Of a stretch of DNA of 64,000 bases, positions 18,699 to 32,700 are shown piece by piece. The notes under the pieces are model-generated. The model ran no database searches, was not told the DNA's origin, and saw only the letters and a program-made list of their open reading frames with translations. Within the stretch, counting starts at the first letter, position 1. Each line of letters opens with the position of its first letter. The DNA comes from an uncultured virus (IMG/VR IMGVR_UViG_3300022602_000041) (lineage: Duplodnaviria > Heunggongvirae > Uroviricota > Caudoviricetes), in the IMG/VR virus record IMGVR_UViG_3300022602_000041. One strand, 5' to 3'. Position numbers and translations under genes: made by a program.

Positions 18699-19565
18699 TT
18701 ATGCTAATCTGTTGTATCCGTAAATTGCCCATTGTCCGCAACCAACTGTACACGACGCACTAGGTGTTGTAAAACATACATACTGTAAGCAAGATGGATC
18801 AGCACCACAACAATTACATGCATAGCCTGCATTTTCTATACCAAAACAGCACATTTGACCTCCGCCGTTAGCACCCATTGGATTTCTCATATGCCATTTG
18901 AATCCAAGCTGTTGATTACAAATATCATCTGGGAAAATATCAATTTCAAAAGTAAAACCATTTCCAGAACATGCTGTAGTACAACCACTACTACAACCAA
19001 ATGCCCATGTAATATTTCCTGCACAAGACCACTGATATGAACCATTCCAACACTTTGAATTATATACAATTCCGCAAGCCCACTGGTTGCAACAATAACT
19101 ACCGGCATTGTTAGCAGAACAGCCACCACCGCATCCACCAGCAAACCCAAATGTCATTTGTGAACAATAATAAGTCCAGCAACACATAGAACCGATAATT
19201 TTATAATGTTGGAACTTGCCTGGTTTAGAGACACATAGACAACCGATGTAGTTGTTATTAGTTTGTCCAATCAATTCAGCGCCAAGTGTTCCTGTAGCTT
19301 TATTTTGTATACAAGTTTGCAAACCACTAATATTTGAATTTGCACCTTGTACGCAAGTTAAAATACTACTATTACATGAGTTAGCACCTTGTACGCAAGA
19401 TAAAACGTTACCTACACAAGTATTTGTATTTTGTATACAAGTTTGCAAACCGCTGATATTAGTACCGGCCGTTGACAATGTTGAATTTGTATTTGTGATA
19501 CAAGTTTGCAAACCTGAAATATTACAGTTTGCATTTTGTATCCTATTGTTTACTAAAACATCCAT
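18699..19565 (-). CDS. Cys-rich fibre/spike-like protein (coiled-coil stalk plus beta head)
   Basis: 33 Cys in 288 aa; heptad repeats (NISGLQTCI x3); ends in GQWAIYG, like fibre-tip domains. Confidence 0.6.
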   Translation of the reverse strand: MDVLVNNRIQNANCNISGLQTCITNTNSTLSTAGTNISGLQTCIQNTNTCVGNVLSCVQGANSCNSSILTCVQGANSNISGLQTCIQNKATGTLGAELIGQTNNNYIGCLCVSKPGKFQHYKIIGSMCCWTYYCSQMTFGFAGGCGGGCSANNAGSYCCNQWACGIVYNSKCWNGSYQWSCAGNITWAFGCSSGCTTACSGNGFTFEIDIFPDDICNQQLGFKWHMRNPMGANGGGQMCCFGIENAGYACNCCGADPSCLQYVCFTTPSASCTVGCGQWAIYGYNRLA

Positions 19566-19584
19566 TATATCTTCCTCTTTTTCT

Positions 19585-20316
19585 TTATGTTATGATAGGA
19601 TCGCCTTGAGATGTATACGTAACCGTTCTTGATTGCGTATATGTCGCTCCCGAGTATGAGTCTGTAATTGTCTCAGTAAATCCACTAATTCTATTACTTC
19701 CATCGTATGTAATAGAACTTGTTGTTTTATTACCGTCTACAAATTGCGTTATCCTATTATTACCATCGTATGTATAATTTCCACTAGAAATAGGTTGTGT
19801 GATACTTGTTTCTCTACCAACTACTACAAGATTACCCAACACTCTCAGCGTTGCACTTCCAGCTGTACCTATCGAAAGATTGCCGCTAGATGCAGTAATA
19901 GCTACATAACCAGTACCAGTTGGGTTTATTTGTATATTAGAGTTTGTGCCTCCAATAGACGCATTACCAGTTGTTGTGATTGTTGTACCATTAATCGGAC
20001 CACCTGAACCTAATACTTGAACATAATTACTGCCGTCTGAAGCAAGAATTACTGTTCCACCTGACACAATTGCTTGAGTTGATGTAGTCGAACCGCCTGG
20101 ACCATTAAATACGCCTGTAGGAGTAGATAAAGTAATTACACCTGAAGTGGCATTATAAAATGTTTGCGTCTGTCCGTTAAAGATTGTAGGGTCGGGAATA
20201 GTAACAGTATACGGAGCAGTACCAGTAAATTCAGTAAACAATCCCTGATTAGGAGCAGTTTGAGATGTCGTAGTTGTAATTGTCGTTGCTGGAACTGATG
20301 AATTATATCGAGCCAT
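19585..20316 (-). CDS. Thr-rich structural/fibre adaptor protein with short YD-like repeats
   Basis: 243 aa; TYDG.NRI repeated twice near the C-terminus. Confidence 0.55.
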   Translation of the reverse strand: MARYNSSVPATTITTTTSQTAPNQGLFTEFTGTAPYTVTIPDPTIFNGQTQTFYNATSGVITLSTPTGVFNGPGGSTTSTQAIVSGGTVILASDGSNYVQVLGSGGPINGTTITTTGNASIGGTNSNIQINPTGTGYVAITASSGNLSIGTAGSATLRVLGNLVVVGRETSITQPISSGNYTYDGNNRITQFVDGNKTTSSITYDGSNRISGFTETITDSYSGATYTQSRTVTYTSQGDPIIT

Positions 20317-20346
20317 AGTCTATTTCTTCCAATATATATTATAGTA

Positions 20347-20352
20347 TATTTA
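20347..20352 (-). promoter_or_regulatory. Late promoter (GATAAATA)
   Basis: Overlaps the TGA of the upstream 114-aa gene. Confidence 0.6.
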
Positions 20353-20697
20353 TCAAGTTGTTGATGTTTCAATACCGTATAAATTAATGTTCATAGCGGT
20401 ACCTGAACTAGAAATTACAATATTAGCACCAGCTTGGATTACAATACCGGTACGTTCAAAAACTCCATATCCAGTTACAGATGTTTGATATTCAAACGCT
20501 TCACTTAGAACTTGTCCTGAAACTGCCGCAGTACTAGAACCAATATATAATCTAATATTTGCAGCCGTAGATGTTGTATTCGTAAATGAAATATTGTAAA
20601 CACCGTAATATCCTGTCGGAACATTATACAATAATGTATACGTTCCAATTGCACCCGATGTTAGTTGGGTAGTTGCTTTTATTCCTGATCCTGCCAT
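20353..20697 (-). CDS. Small beta-rich structural protein (paralog family of ~110 aa, copy 3)
   Basis: 114 aa; same size and strand pattern as 46463-46795 and 51571-51900. Confidence 0.65.
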   Translation of the reverse strand: MAGSGIKATTQLTSGAIGTYTLLYNVPTGYYGVYNISFTNTTSTAANIRLYIGSSTAAVSGQVLSEAFEYQTSVTGYGVFERTGIVIQAGANIVISSSGTAMNINLYGIETSTT

Positions 20698-20719
20698 GTT
20701 ATCTCTCCGTTTTTATGGT

Positions 20720-23700
20720 TTATTTTTGTCCAAAGAATGACAATGCAACTGGTGCTCCGTCAATTCCGCCTGTGAACAGCATCTTGCTACTTACGTAGAT
20801 TTGATTTCCTGTAGTTGTACTTATAGTATTACCAGCAATATATATCTGTCCAGATGTTATGGTATTTACGTTCAATGCACTTTGTCCGCCTCCAATTTGA
20901 CTAGTAATATATGCTTTAATAGCCTTTTGTGTCGGAACAATCGCATCGCTATTAGCTGTAAAATATGGATCTGTACTAAACTGTGTAATAGTTGCAGAGC
21001 CAACTCCTAGGCTAACTGAACCCAACGTCAAACTTTGCAATCCTGACAAATTAAACGCACTAGCGTTCAATGTAGCAGTACCAGTTGACTGTTGAACTCC
21101 GAACAAGTTACCTACGTTAAAGTTACCGTCTTGGTCTGTACTTGTAAAGAACACACGACCACCGCCTGTAGCAAATGTTTGATTAGCTGTTACAGCTTTA
21201 GAAGGATCAACGTTTGGATAGTTGGTACTTGTGAAACCACCAGTTCCAATATACAAGAAATCGTGTCCTGTCATACGTGTATTGCTGTATAACAATCTAG
21301 TTGTTATTTGTGTACCGTGCGGTGGTGCTAACAATACAGACATTGCAGGATTAATCTGGAATGTTGCAGTATAGTTACCTGGAATACCTAATTGATTTGT
21401 AACTGCAACTAGTTTATACCATTGAGCACTACCTGTGATAGTAGCAAATGTTACATTTGAACCTGGGCTAGGAATACTGTATAGTCCTGAAACATTAATA
21501 TAGTTACCAATTTGATATAAATCTGAATATCCATCTCCGCTAACAATACTTGTAGCAGTAGTTTCACCAACACCTCGATTAGTAAAGCTAGGATTACCTA
21601 AAACACCGTTACCGATACGAGGAACTATTGGTGCGCTATTAACGTGGTTTGGATCAACTATTGTAATAGTTGGACCTGCAAAGTAAGTCATTCCAGTAAT
21701 TGTTGTACTTGTTAAAGGTATAGCACTACTACCAGCAGTTAATGATATTTGGAATGTTGTACTTGTAATAGTTCCACCGACAACATAATAATATTGTCCT
21801 GTAGTAATATTTCCTGCACTTGTTCCGTTAAAGACAACCGGCATATTTGCGGCTAAATTGACAGTGCTATCCACTATAATCAAATTAGTAGTAGATGTTG
21901 TACCAGATACATTTCCACGTGGGAATCCACTTCCTGGTTCAATCATGCGTACTTCCGAAATAGTACTGCTTGAAATCTTAACTCGTCCTAAAGGTCTAGC
22001 ACCAGTCTGAATCAATGCTGCCGTAGTGCCTGGCGAGCTAGAAACAGCTACCCATGTAGGCACTGCACCTAAAGTAGCATTTTGTGGATTACCAAATGCA
22101 AGGCCTTGATAAGAACTTAATGCTGGCATTGTAGTCACATACCAATTTAAGCCATCCCAACTTGTAGCAACATAGTTGTTACCACCGCCAATTTCACCTG
22201 CAACAGCAGTCCATGCACCTACACCGCCTGATAATGTAAGAACTGGACTTAATGTGCTACTTGTACTTACTTGGATTGTATTAGCACCTGAGTTAATACT
22301 TGCAATATAATAAGTATTTCCAGATGTTAATCCTCCAAGTAATCCGCCAGCAACTACGCTTGACGGAGGAGTAGATCCGTTAACTGTTACATTGCTTGTT
22401 GCAAGATAAGTTGAACCAACACTTAAAGCGGTACTAGAAATAATTTCAGTTATATAATAAGTTGAACCATTTGTAATACCACCACCAGTTGTGCCGCTGA
22501 ATACAATTGGTTCTCCAATAGCCATTCCTGCTGTACTGCCGACAGTAATTGAATCTAATGTACCTGTAATAGTTGCGCTAGTTGTCAATTGGCTAGTAGA
22601 TACAGTATAACTTTGGCCGTTAATTGTTGTACCTGAACTAATTGTTACGCTGTTATTAATTGTATATGTACCCGCACCGCCTGATCCAGATCCTGTTGCA
22701 ACAATATACGAATTCAATTGTCCAGAAATTGTAGTTGTTGCAATAAATCCAACACCAGATGTAACTGTATAAGCATTACCACCAGTTGCTGTTGTACCAG
22801 TTTGTGCTGGTGTTACATAATAACCTCCATTAGAGCTAGCTGTGAAACTTGTATAAGATCCAGATGCTTGTGAGTAGAATGGTTGACTAATTGTAATTAC
22901 TGCACCAGCTACACTTGTAATGTATGTATTAGCAAAAATACCATTACCTGTAATCAATTGACCAGCGGCAAATCCTGTACCAGCAGCCAATGTCACTGTT
23001 GATGCGCCTGCCGCGCCGCCTGATGAATAGTTTTGTGTACCGCCTGCACCAGCTGTACTCGAAACTTGTGCAGTAACTATAGTTCCTGTTGTTGCAGTTC
23101 CACCAGTTAATGTCATACCTGGGAAGAATGTACCGCTTGCCGATGATACAGTAGCAGTATATGGTGTTGCTGTAGTTACAGTAGCACTTTGACTAATATT
23201 AACAGTCCATACACTTACTGAACTTGTTGTTGTACCTGCAGAGTTAGCAACAATAAATGTTCCTGCCGCTACAGTTCCGCCGCCTAATACCATACCAATA
23301 TTAATAGTTCCGCTATTAGCAGTAACCGTTAAAGTCGTTCCACTAATACTTGCTGTAATATTTGCAGTAGAACCAATAGCAATACTAATAGTACCAGTTG
23401 AAGTAGTTTGTCCTGTAATATAAGTTGTATTTGCAGTAATACCAGAACCGCTTAGTAATCCGCCAACAAATGTTGTACCAGTTTGTGCCGATGCTGGCAT
23501 TACCAATACATTAGTTGGGCTTGCACTAGTGTAATAACTATTTAAAATTATCGCACTAGTATTACTAAATGTTGGACCTGTAATTTGCTGTCCAACACTT
23601 ACAGTACCAGTTATAGTACCACCAACTGTTAATGTTGATCCACTAATTGTTGATGAAGTTGAAGTAAATGAATTACTTGCTGTAATATAAGTTCCAGCAG

Positions 23701-26700
23701 TTATTGTTCCGGAACTTGTTAATAACGCTCCTACAGCATATGTTCCAGTAATAGAACTTATTGGTGTAAGGATGGTTCCTGCTGATGGGCTAGATGCACC
23801 GTTACCAATAATACCTAAAGAACTAGCTGTTGAATGTGTAGTAGCACTCGCAGTAGTTATTTCTGTTACTGCTGTTGGAATAATTGTAGCACCTGCTACT
23901 AAACCAGTTGTGTTACTTACTGAAATATTATTTCCGCTAACAGAAGTTGCTGTGAATACTTCATTTGGAGATGATGAAATTGCAACAAATAAACCTTCTG
24001 CATACTTAATATTACTCCAAGTAGTTACTCCGGTTGTAACTAACGGATTATTTTTTACAGTAATCCATGTGTTATTTGTAGCACTTGTACCAGTCCACAA
24101 ACTTGGTTGCCAGTTATAGGTATATTGTAGTGTACCATCAGTAGCTAATGCTACAAATCGTCCATTACCGTATGCTAAACTTGCCCAAGTTTTACTAGTT
24201 AATGTTCCGCCTGTAGCCCAACTTGTTGGATTACTTTGCATAAAGGAACTTACAGTGCCTCCAATTGCGCAGAATAAACCAGCACCGTATGCTACTGCGG
24301 TATAACCTGAGCTGTTAGCAGTAATACTACTAGATTGATTTACCCATGATGCTGAAGCTAAACTTGTATTATTATATAAAGATACCGCGGCAGCCGAACC
24401 ACTTCCGCCAACAGCAATATAATAATTATTACCATAAGCTAAAGATTTTAATGTAGTTAGTCCAGTAGAACTACCTGATAGCCAAGCGGCTGTTAAAGTA
24501 GTTGAATTAGATGTTGTTCCAATAATAGCTAAACCAGTAGTTGTTCCAATAGTAATTGCACTACCATTAATTGATGATGCTAATGTTAAACTTGTTGAAC
24601 TACTTGTTGTTGCGGCAACATAATATGTTGTGCTAGCAGTTACACCTGGACCTGCACCAAAACTTGATGCAAATGTAATTGGTGTATTTTGTGGTAATGA
24701 TACCGCGTATGCTAAAGTAATAGTTGTACCAGAACTAGATGCAACTACTACTTGAATACTTGCAGTAGGTGCTCCAGTATTATATGCAAATGCATTTGAT
24801 GAACCAGAAATTGCCGCGTAAGCCGCATAAGGATCAACAACTGTAACAGTAGGAATAGTTGAGTAACCAAAACCTGCTTGTACAACTGTGTAGCTACTTA
24901 CACCATTAGTAGTTAAATTAGCCGTTACTATCGGTAAACTTCCTACATATGTCAAAGCAACGCCATAAGTACCGCTTGCACCGATACCAGTTGCACTAGC
25001 ACCAGATTTTCCATAGTACTTGTTAGTAAAGGTAGGTGCTGTTGAACTAAAAGTTCCAGTTGCGCCTGCTTGATAATAGTTAGTTACATTTGGTGAAACT
25101 GTAGTATCTACATTATAATAATAATTGCCATTTACTACTGTTCCTCCAGATACCCAAGATGTTGCATTGAACGGAGGTGCAATAGTTACTGTTGGATTAC
25201 TAAAATAATTATTACCCCAGCTGTTAACAGTAATGCCACTTAATTCACTAGTAATCGCTGTAACAGTTGGACTGGAAGAATATAAACTACCAGTAATGTT
25301 CATATAAACATTTGTAACAACTCCACTTAATACTTCGGCAATTGCAACAGCTCCGTTTCCTGTACTGTCAGTAATAACAATAGTAGGAGGTGTTGAATAA
25401 TTATTACCACCATTTATAATATTGATTCCAATTATCTGACCAGCTGTAGATCCAGAACCTAATATTGCTGATAATATTGCACCAGATCCGCCTAGGCCGC
25501 CGATTACAGCAGTGCCTTTAGCACCTTGGCCACCACCGTACACAACGTTATTCCATGCTGTGTTAGAAGGAAGCGATCCGCCAGCGTTCCATGTAGAACC
25601 ATTTGTACTATATGATGTTACTATTCCTGGCGAACTTGTAGCAACAAAAGAACCGCTACCATAAGTTGCTGATCCGTATTGTCCTGAAGTTATAGAAGTT
25701 GTTGTTGCTGTAAAACCAGGAGAACTATATGATAACATAGGTTCTATGATATAAGTTGTAGTAGCATCTAAGACATTAGCTGTAGCATAACCTGGAACAG
25801 CATGATCCCATCCTGCTTCATATAACTGTACAGAAATAGTTCCTGTAATATTTGTTGAAGCTAAGTTTTGGCTCGTAGTAACAGTCCATGTTGAACCATT
25901 TCCACTTCCGCTTATATTAGCTGAAATGTAAGTGTTACTTGCAATACCAGAACCAGATAATAACATACCTGCATATATAGTACCTGATGCTAATGTTCCA
26001 ACTGTTAATGTCGTTCCTACAATAGTTGAACCATTCATAACAGCTGGAGTTGAACTAGTTGCTGTCAATGTTGCGGCGCCACCACCACTTGAAGTTGATA
26101 GACTAAACGTAGTACCATTATTACTTAATGTCGAACCAACAACATAATATACTGTTGCAAAAGTTAATCCTGCGATTGTTGCACTAAGATAAATTGGTTG
26201 GTTAGCATACATTGTATTTGTATTTGTCGATACTGTAAATACCGATGTGCTATTACTAATAATAGTCAATGGTACAAAGTTTTGACGATATACATTGATA
26301 ATCTTTGAACCAAATGTATAGTTTAGAGCAATACCGTATTGTCCAACACCAGTTCCGCCTGTTAAAAACACTCGCATTCCAATGTAAGCAGTACTTAACT
26401 GAGTATCAGAGTTAGCAATAGTAATTTGCCCAACTGTACCACTTTGTGCTGTGTTGCTAATAGTCAAATAATTACTACCGCCAACACCTGTACCGTTATT
26501 CAAGTCAATTAAACGTGATTCAAAAACAGCCGAATCTCGGAACTCGTCTCCGATTGCAACTGCATTATAACCAGCGCCACTAATTGTTGGAACATAGTTA
26601 GTATATGCACTTCCAGCATTTTCAAACTCTAAACGGAACACATAATTTGTTGCATCTGTAACCACGTTAGTAATGTACGCAGGATTTCCACGATTGTTAA

Positions 26701-29700
26701 TTGTAGAATAACCTGGAATTTCATAACTATCAGTACCTTCTGCGACTGCACCGAATGTACCGTAAGAACTATTACCGTTTGTAGCACGTATACGTCCGCC
26801 ATATTCTGCAAAATAACCAGAATAGCAGTAGTAATTAAACACTGATACACACTCTGTTAAGGCTCCATGACCTGTACAGTATACACCAATACCGTCCGAC
26901 AACACTTGAGTGTAATCGTTAGCTAGGATAGATCTATTACCACCATTGTGTAATGCGGCATCAATCTTTAATCCTACGCAACCATTACCAAAGTTAGTAA
27001 CGTTTTGAATGTAGCATGAACGAATGAATTCCCATACACTTGAATCATTTGGTCCGAATCCTGGATCTAATGAAGTGTAAATACCGCCTGTCGGACGTTT
27101 TGTACCTAAACTATTTGGTAAACTTAATGTTCCTCCCATGCCATTCAATGTCATGTTACGGATACCAGTACCATTACGTACATGGAATAAGTTTGTATAT
27201 AAGGCACCATTTGCGGCTGACAAATATAATTGTACAGATCTAGTAGATTTATAATTTCCAGTTAGCGCTAAATCGTAAATCATAGCATCAACGTGATATC
27301 CTGCATCACGTGTAGCTTTAGAAGTAATAATATAATAATTTACTCCCATTGCTCCAGTACCACCACTTAATGATACTGCACTTTGTGCGCCTGTACCTGG
27401 TTGAGTAGTTGTAACTGTAAATGTAGTTGAACTTGGTGTAGATAATACCCAGTAAATTGTAGTAGAATTTAAACCATATTCGAATATAGAACCAGTTAAA
27501 CCAAATTGTACTGGGTCATTTACTAACAAATTATGTGGAGTGCTAGTTGTAATTATATTAGTACCAGATGTAGTGCTAGTTGAAGTAGAACCATAATTAG
27601 CCTGTGTCCAGAATGCGGCTTCACCTGCTAAGAATGATTTATTTAGACGGAATAACTCTGCACCCATTATGGTTGTCATAGTATTGTTGTAACCAGGATA
27701 GCTTTGATATGAATTAGTTGGATTACCCCATACTTGACTCATACCATTAACAATCTTGCTAGCAATACCTTGATTAGTATATAATCCAATACTTGCTGTT
27801 GCAGTCAACCCAGTCAAACTATTTGTAATTACGACTGCTGTACCACTCTTATAACTAGATGAAACAGTAATAGTTGTACCGGCTGCTGGATAAGTTCCAG
27901 AAGCAACGCTATTAACCCAATAAGTATCGCCGTTTACTAGGCCGCCTGCTGTATTAACTACAACATTCATTTGTGCATTTACACCAAATGTTGTACCAGT
28001 AATTGTGCCACCACTTGTAGTTGTAACTATTGCTACGCCACCTGAAGTAGCTGACAACGTAAATGTTGTTGAACCATTTGTAGCAATAATATAGAATGTT
28101 TGAGCTGTTATGGTAGAGTTAGTATTAATTGTACCAGCAGATAATGTACCATTAATTGTAATTGCTTGGCCAACATATAAAGTGCTATAACTTGCACAAG
28201 AGAATTGACCTGATGTACCTGTAATAGCCACTGTGCTTAATGTTGGACTGCTTGTTAATGAAACAGCACTTCCGCCTAATGTATTACTAATTTGAATAGT
28301 GCTACCTGTTGGGTTAATTACGTAATAATTTTGGTTGAATACAATCTTACCTAACATCATTCCAGTGAAGTAAACTTGTTGACCTGCAACAATTCCTAAA
28401 CTACTTGCACTTGCGGCTAAAGTAATCACATTTGTACTTGTTGTAGTTGAAATAGCAGTTGTGTTAATATTATTTGGCAATCCGCTAAACACAACAGGCA
28501 TATTAATATAAACACCTGCATCGCTACTTAACGTAATTGCATTAGTACTTGTAGTCACTGCTGTCACAGGAATATTAGTACTTGTGCCAACAAGATTAGT
28601 TGTTAATGCTAATCCGCTGTAAATTCCATATACGGTAGCAACCATTGAACCTTGTGATCCTACTGCAAATGTCCAACCAGTTGGAGTTCCTACGGTAGTA
28701 ACAATTGCTGAACCACCAATAGAAGCTGATAATGTAAATGTTGTTGAACCATTTGTATTAACAATGTAATATGTAGTTGGGCTACTGTATCCGTAAATTC
28801 CACCACTACCTGTATTTGTTCCAGAAATAGTAACTGGTAGTCCAGTAGTTAATGTTGTGCTTGCCGCTGTACATGTAAATGTTCCTGCAGAACTTGTTAC
28901 AGTAACACCACTAAGTGTTGTTAGCGGAGTAACACTGAATACAGAACCATTGTAAGATGAACTAATTGTTAGTTGAGTAGTATTTAATACTTGCTTAATA
29001 TAGTATGTTCCAGCAGTTAAATTGCCTATCGCTGTACCTGTAATTGTAATACTCAATCCTGGCACCATTCCAGCAGTAGTTCCCATTGTAATTAAATTAG
29101 ATGTAGGAATAATATTCTGAATAGATGTAACAGTCGAGCTTACTGATTGGCTATAATTTAACAACCATGTTGTTGGGCTTGCTACAAATGTTATGCCTGT
29201 TAATGGACTTCCGCTTGATCCAGCGGCTACAGTTGTTAAAGCAGTTCCTCCTTGAGTAGCTGACAATTGGAATAATGTAGTTGTCGGACTACCAATAACA
29301 TAGTAAATTGTACCAGAAGTATAGCCACTAATAGAACCTGCTGAGAATGTTCCAGTGATAGTAACTTGTTGACCTACCACTAATGGGCTTGTTAATGCTG
29401 TACAACCAAATACACCAGTATTACTAGAAATATAAATTCCAGATAGTGTAGTAGTTGCGCCAGATACTGTTGAGGTACCAGTTGCAACACCAATACCAGA
29501 TATTGGCATACCTGGTACAATTGCACCACTAGTAATATTGTTCACTATTAATTGTGTTCCATTAACAGTAGCATTGAACACACAAGTAGTTATTGGCTGA
29601 CCATAGATTTGTGCAATCATATCGTCAATAGTTGTCTGTGTTTGCACTACCGAGCCTGCTGATGCGATAACTTTAATTTTTTGTCCAATAAATCCAATTG

Positions 29701-32700
29701 CACCATATGCTGAATCAGCGTAGTTGCCTTGTAAACGAGCAATACTTGGAATTAATCTATTAAATGCTCGTCCGTTAATAATACTATAGAAATTGCTACC
29801 AAATAATACATCGTAACTTAATGCTGTAACAACATAGGCCGCATCTCTATTTGTTAATGATAAACTTGGACCTTCGTTTTGGAAAAAACGTGTTACCCAT
29901 GCTTGAGCGTCATTTGCAATTAATGTTGCTTGAGCTTGGATTGCATTAAATGACAATTGATTGGCAGGTGAAGCAAAGTTAAATGCGCCCGACACTACAG
30001 GTGTAATTGTAAATGTTCCAGTTACTGTTGTAGCAGTTGACAATGTTTGACTTACGCTTACTGTATATGCACCGGTTCCGCCGCCTGTACTGCCAATTGA
30101 TGTAATATAAGTTCCTGGAGCAACGCCTGCTGTTACTGTCAGTTGGCCTGTTGCAGTTGTAAGGCTTGGTGCAGTTGTTGTTCCATAATTATATAGTGTA
30201 ACAGTAGAACCTACAACAGCATTAATTGTGTAAGTTGTAGCAGATAAGTTTCCAAACAGTCCTTGATTTCCAGATCCGTACGCAACACTAAATGTAATTG
30301 GCATACCTGATGCTAAACCAACAGTAGATGTTAATGTCACTACACCTGTACTGCCGTTAACTGCTGTTGCAGTTGTTGTTAATGTTGTACCAGTCACTGC
30401 TTGTCCTACGGCAAAAGTACCACTTGCAACAGCACTAACTGTCATTGTTGTACCGCTAAATGTTGCTGTACCTACTCCAGTTGTTGTGTTTTGTACACCG
30501 TTAGCTAACCAGTATTGAACATCGGCAACACGAGCCACTGCAAAAGCACCAGCGGCCGCAGATCCAGCTGTACCACTTGTACTTTGACTTGTAGTATTAC
30601 CTGAAGTTGGGCTTATTGCATTAGCAGTCACAATACTGCTAATGATTGCTGCCAATCTATTTAAGGCTGCTGTAACGCCTGCTGTGTAAGGGCTAACAAT
30701 TAATGGTGTATTTAAACTATAGAAAGCACGACCTGCAATCAATGATTGGTCATTACAACCATAAGTCATATCATATTGCAAAGCATCTAAAATATTACTT
30801 AAATCTCTAATTGTTTCTGCCTGATATGTTGGACCATAATTTGCCCATGTTGAGCCACCAATAGTTTGAATCAAATATGCTACAATTTCATCTTTAATAA
30901 ATTGATAGTTATTTTGAAGTTGTGTCACAGCATAACCATAGCCTACAAGATAATATGTATTATAGTTTGCTACAGTCGGCATATTAAATGCTGGTTCTTG
31001 AACAATACCTAAATTAGCACCGTAGTTTGTATTATTTTGTATGCCAGGAGTAATTGTTAATCCATTTGCAAACATATTCTGGATAATTGCAGTATTATTA
31101 ACTACTAAATTAACCGCCGCAGGATTACCAAAATCGCCAGTCAATGCTGGTAGTGTTAGCGCTTGTGTAGCAATACCACTGATATAATATGCAATATATT
31201 GTGTAGCAATTTCAGTTGCACTTAATTCTGTAGAAGATACTAGAGCTTGTGCGCTTGATACAGCCTTATAGAACGATCTGCCAGAAACTAATGTAAAGTA
31301 ATTAGAGCCTAACAACATATCATAGTTTAATGTATCTACAACAGTACCAGCGTCACGATAAGTTAATGCTAAATTAGTGACGTTGTTAGGATATTGTGTA
31401 GCTACAAATGTTTGAATTTGTGTTTGTACATAACTCTTCTGAGCGTTTATTGCATTAAAGGCGCTAATTGCGGAAGCCGACACCCAAGATGTGCATGGAA
31501 GAACTGTTCCAGATAAACCAATACCAGTACTTGCGCTATTACCAGTTCCGTTAGTACCATTAATCCAATTAATTATATTACCAATCAACGCTTGTGCGTA
31601 AGTTGCCGCATTAGTGTATGTTCCAGAAGTAACAATAACTTGAGTTGCAGTATTACCGGTGCTTGGAGTCCAACCAACAGTAGTACCATTAACAATATAA
31701 GGAATAATTGTTTGTAATCGTGTCAATGACGCAATTGATGCTGCCACTGTAGATGCAGGAGATAATGATGCTACTCCTAAAGAATAATAACCAACACCTT
31801 GTGTTTGACTTTGTAAATTACCACCATAAGTCATATCATACTGAACTGACTGTAAAATATATGATAAATCTCGTAAAGTTTTACCTTGATTAACTGCTGA
31901 TAAAGCGTTCCAACTGAATCCAGATCCAGTATAAGCATTTAGATAATTTGCAATTTCAGTTTGTAAGAATGAAATATTAGCCGCAATATTAGCCGCACCA
32001 TAGCCATACCCAGTTGTATCGCCAGTGGTGTTACCGGTATATCCAGAAACTCCTAATCCTGTAATAGAGTAAGCAGTATTTGTCAACGAAGAAGTATTAA
32101 ACCCTGTTGGAGTTGTTAAAGTAAATGTTCCAGCTGTTGGTGTAGTAATTCCAATAGTGAATGTAGCACCAGTTGTAGTTGTTCCTCCAATTGTTAACGG
32201 GCTTGAACTTGCAATTGCATTTGCATAATTTGCATACAAAGCTGTTGATGTAGCAGTTGTTGTACTACCAGTGTAATAAGTTACACTTGCACCAGAAGCA
32301 ATAGCTGATATAGCCACACCGCCTATTGTTAAATTACCAGTAATCGCTGTACCAGATGATGTTCTTGTAATTGTAATAGGAGTTCCTACTGGTAATGCTA
32401 CTGTTGTTGAAGTATAAGCAATACCTGTAGTAGAATTATTCACAACTGATGCCAATGCTGATTGTGAAATAATAACACTACCAGATCCAAACACAGGGCT
32501 ATAAGTTAAGCCATTAGAAAGAATATTTTGTAATAATTGACTATTTGCAACTAATGATGGTATAACTTGTGAATTTCCAAGATTGATTGCAGATCCAGAA
32601 GCTCCAGCAGGAGTAGTCGAACCATTTGCATATCCTGCAACTTGCGCACCAATATAATTAATTGCTTGTTCGGTAACTGTTAATTCATTATTAACATTTC

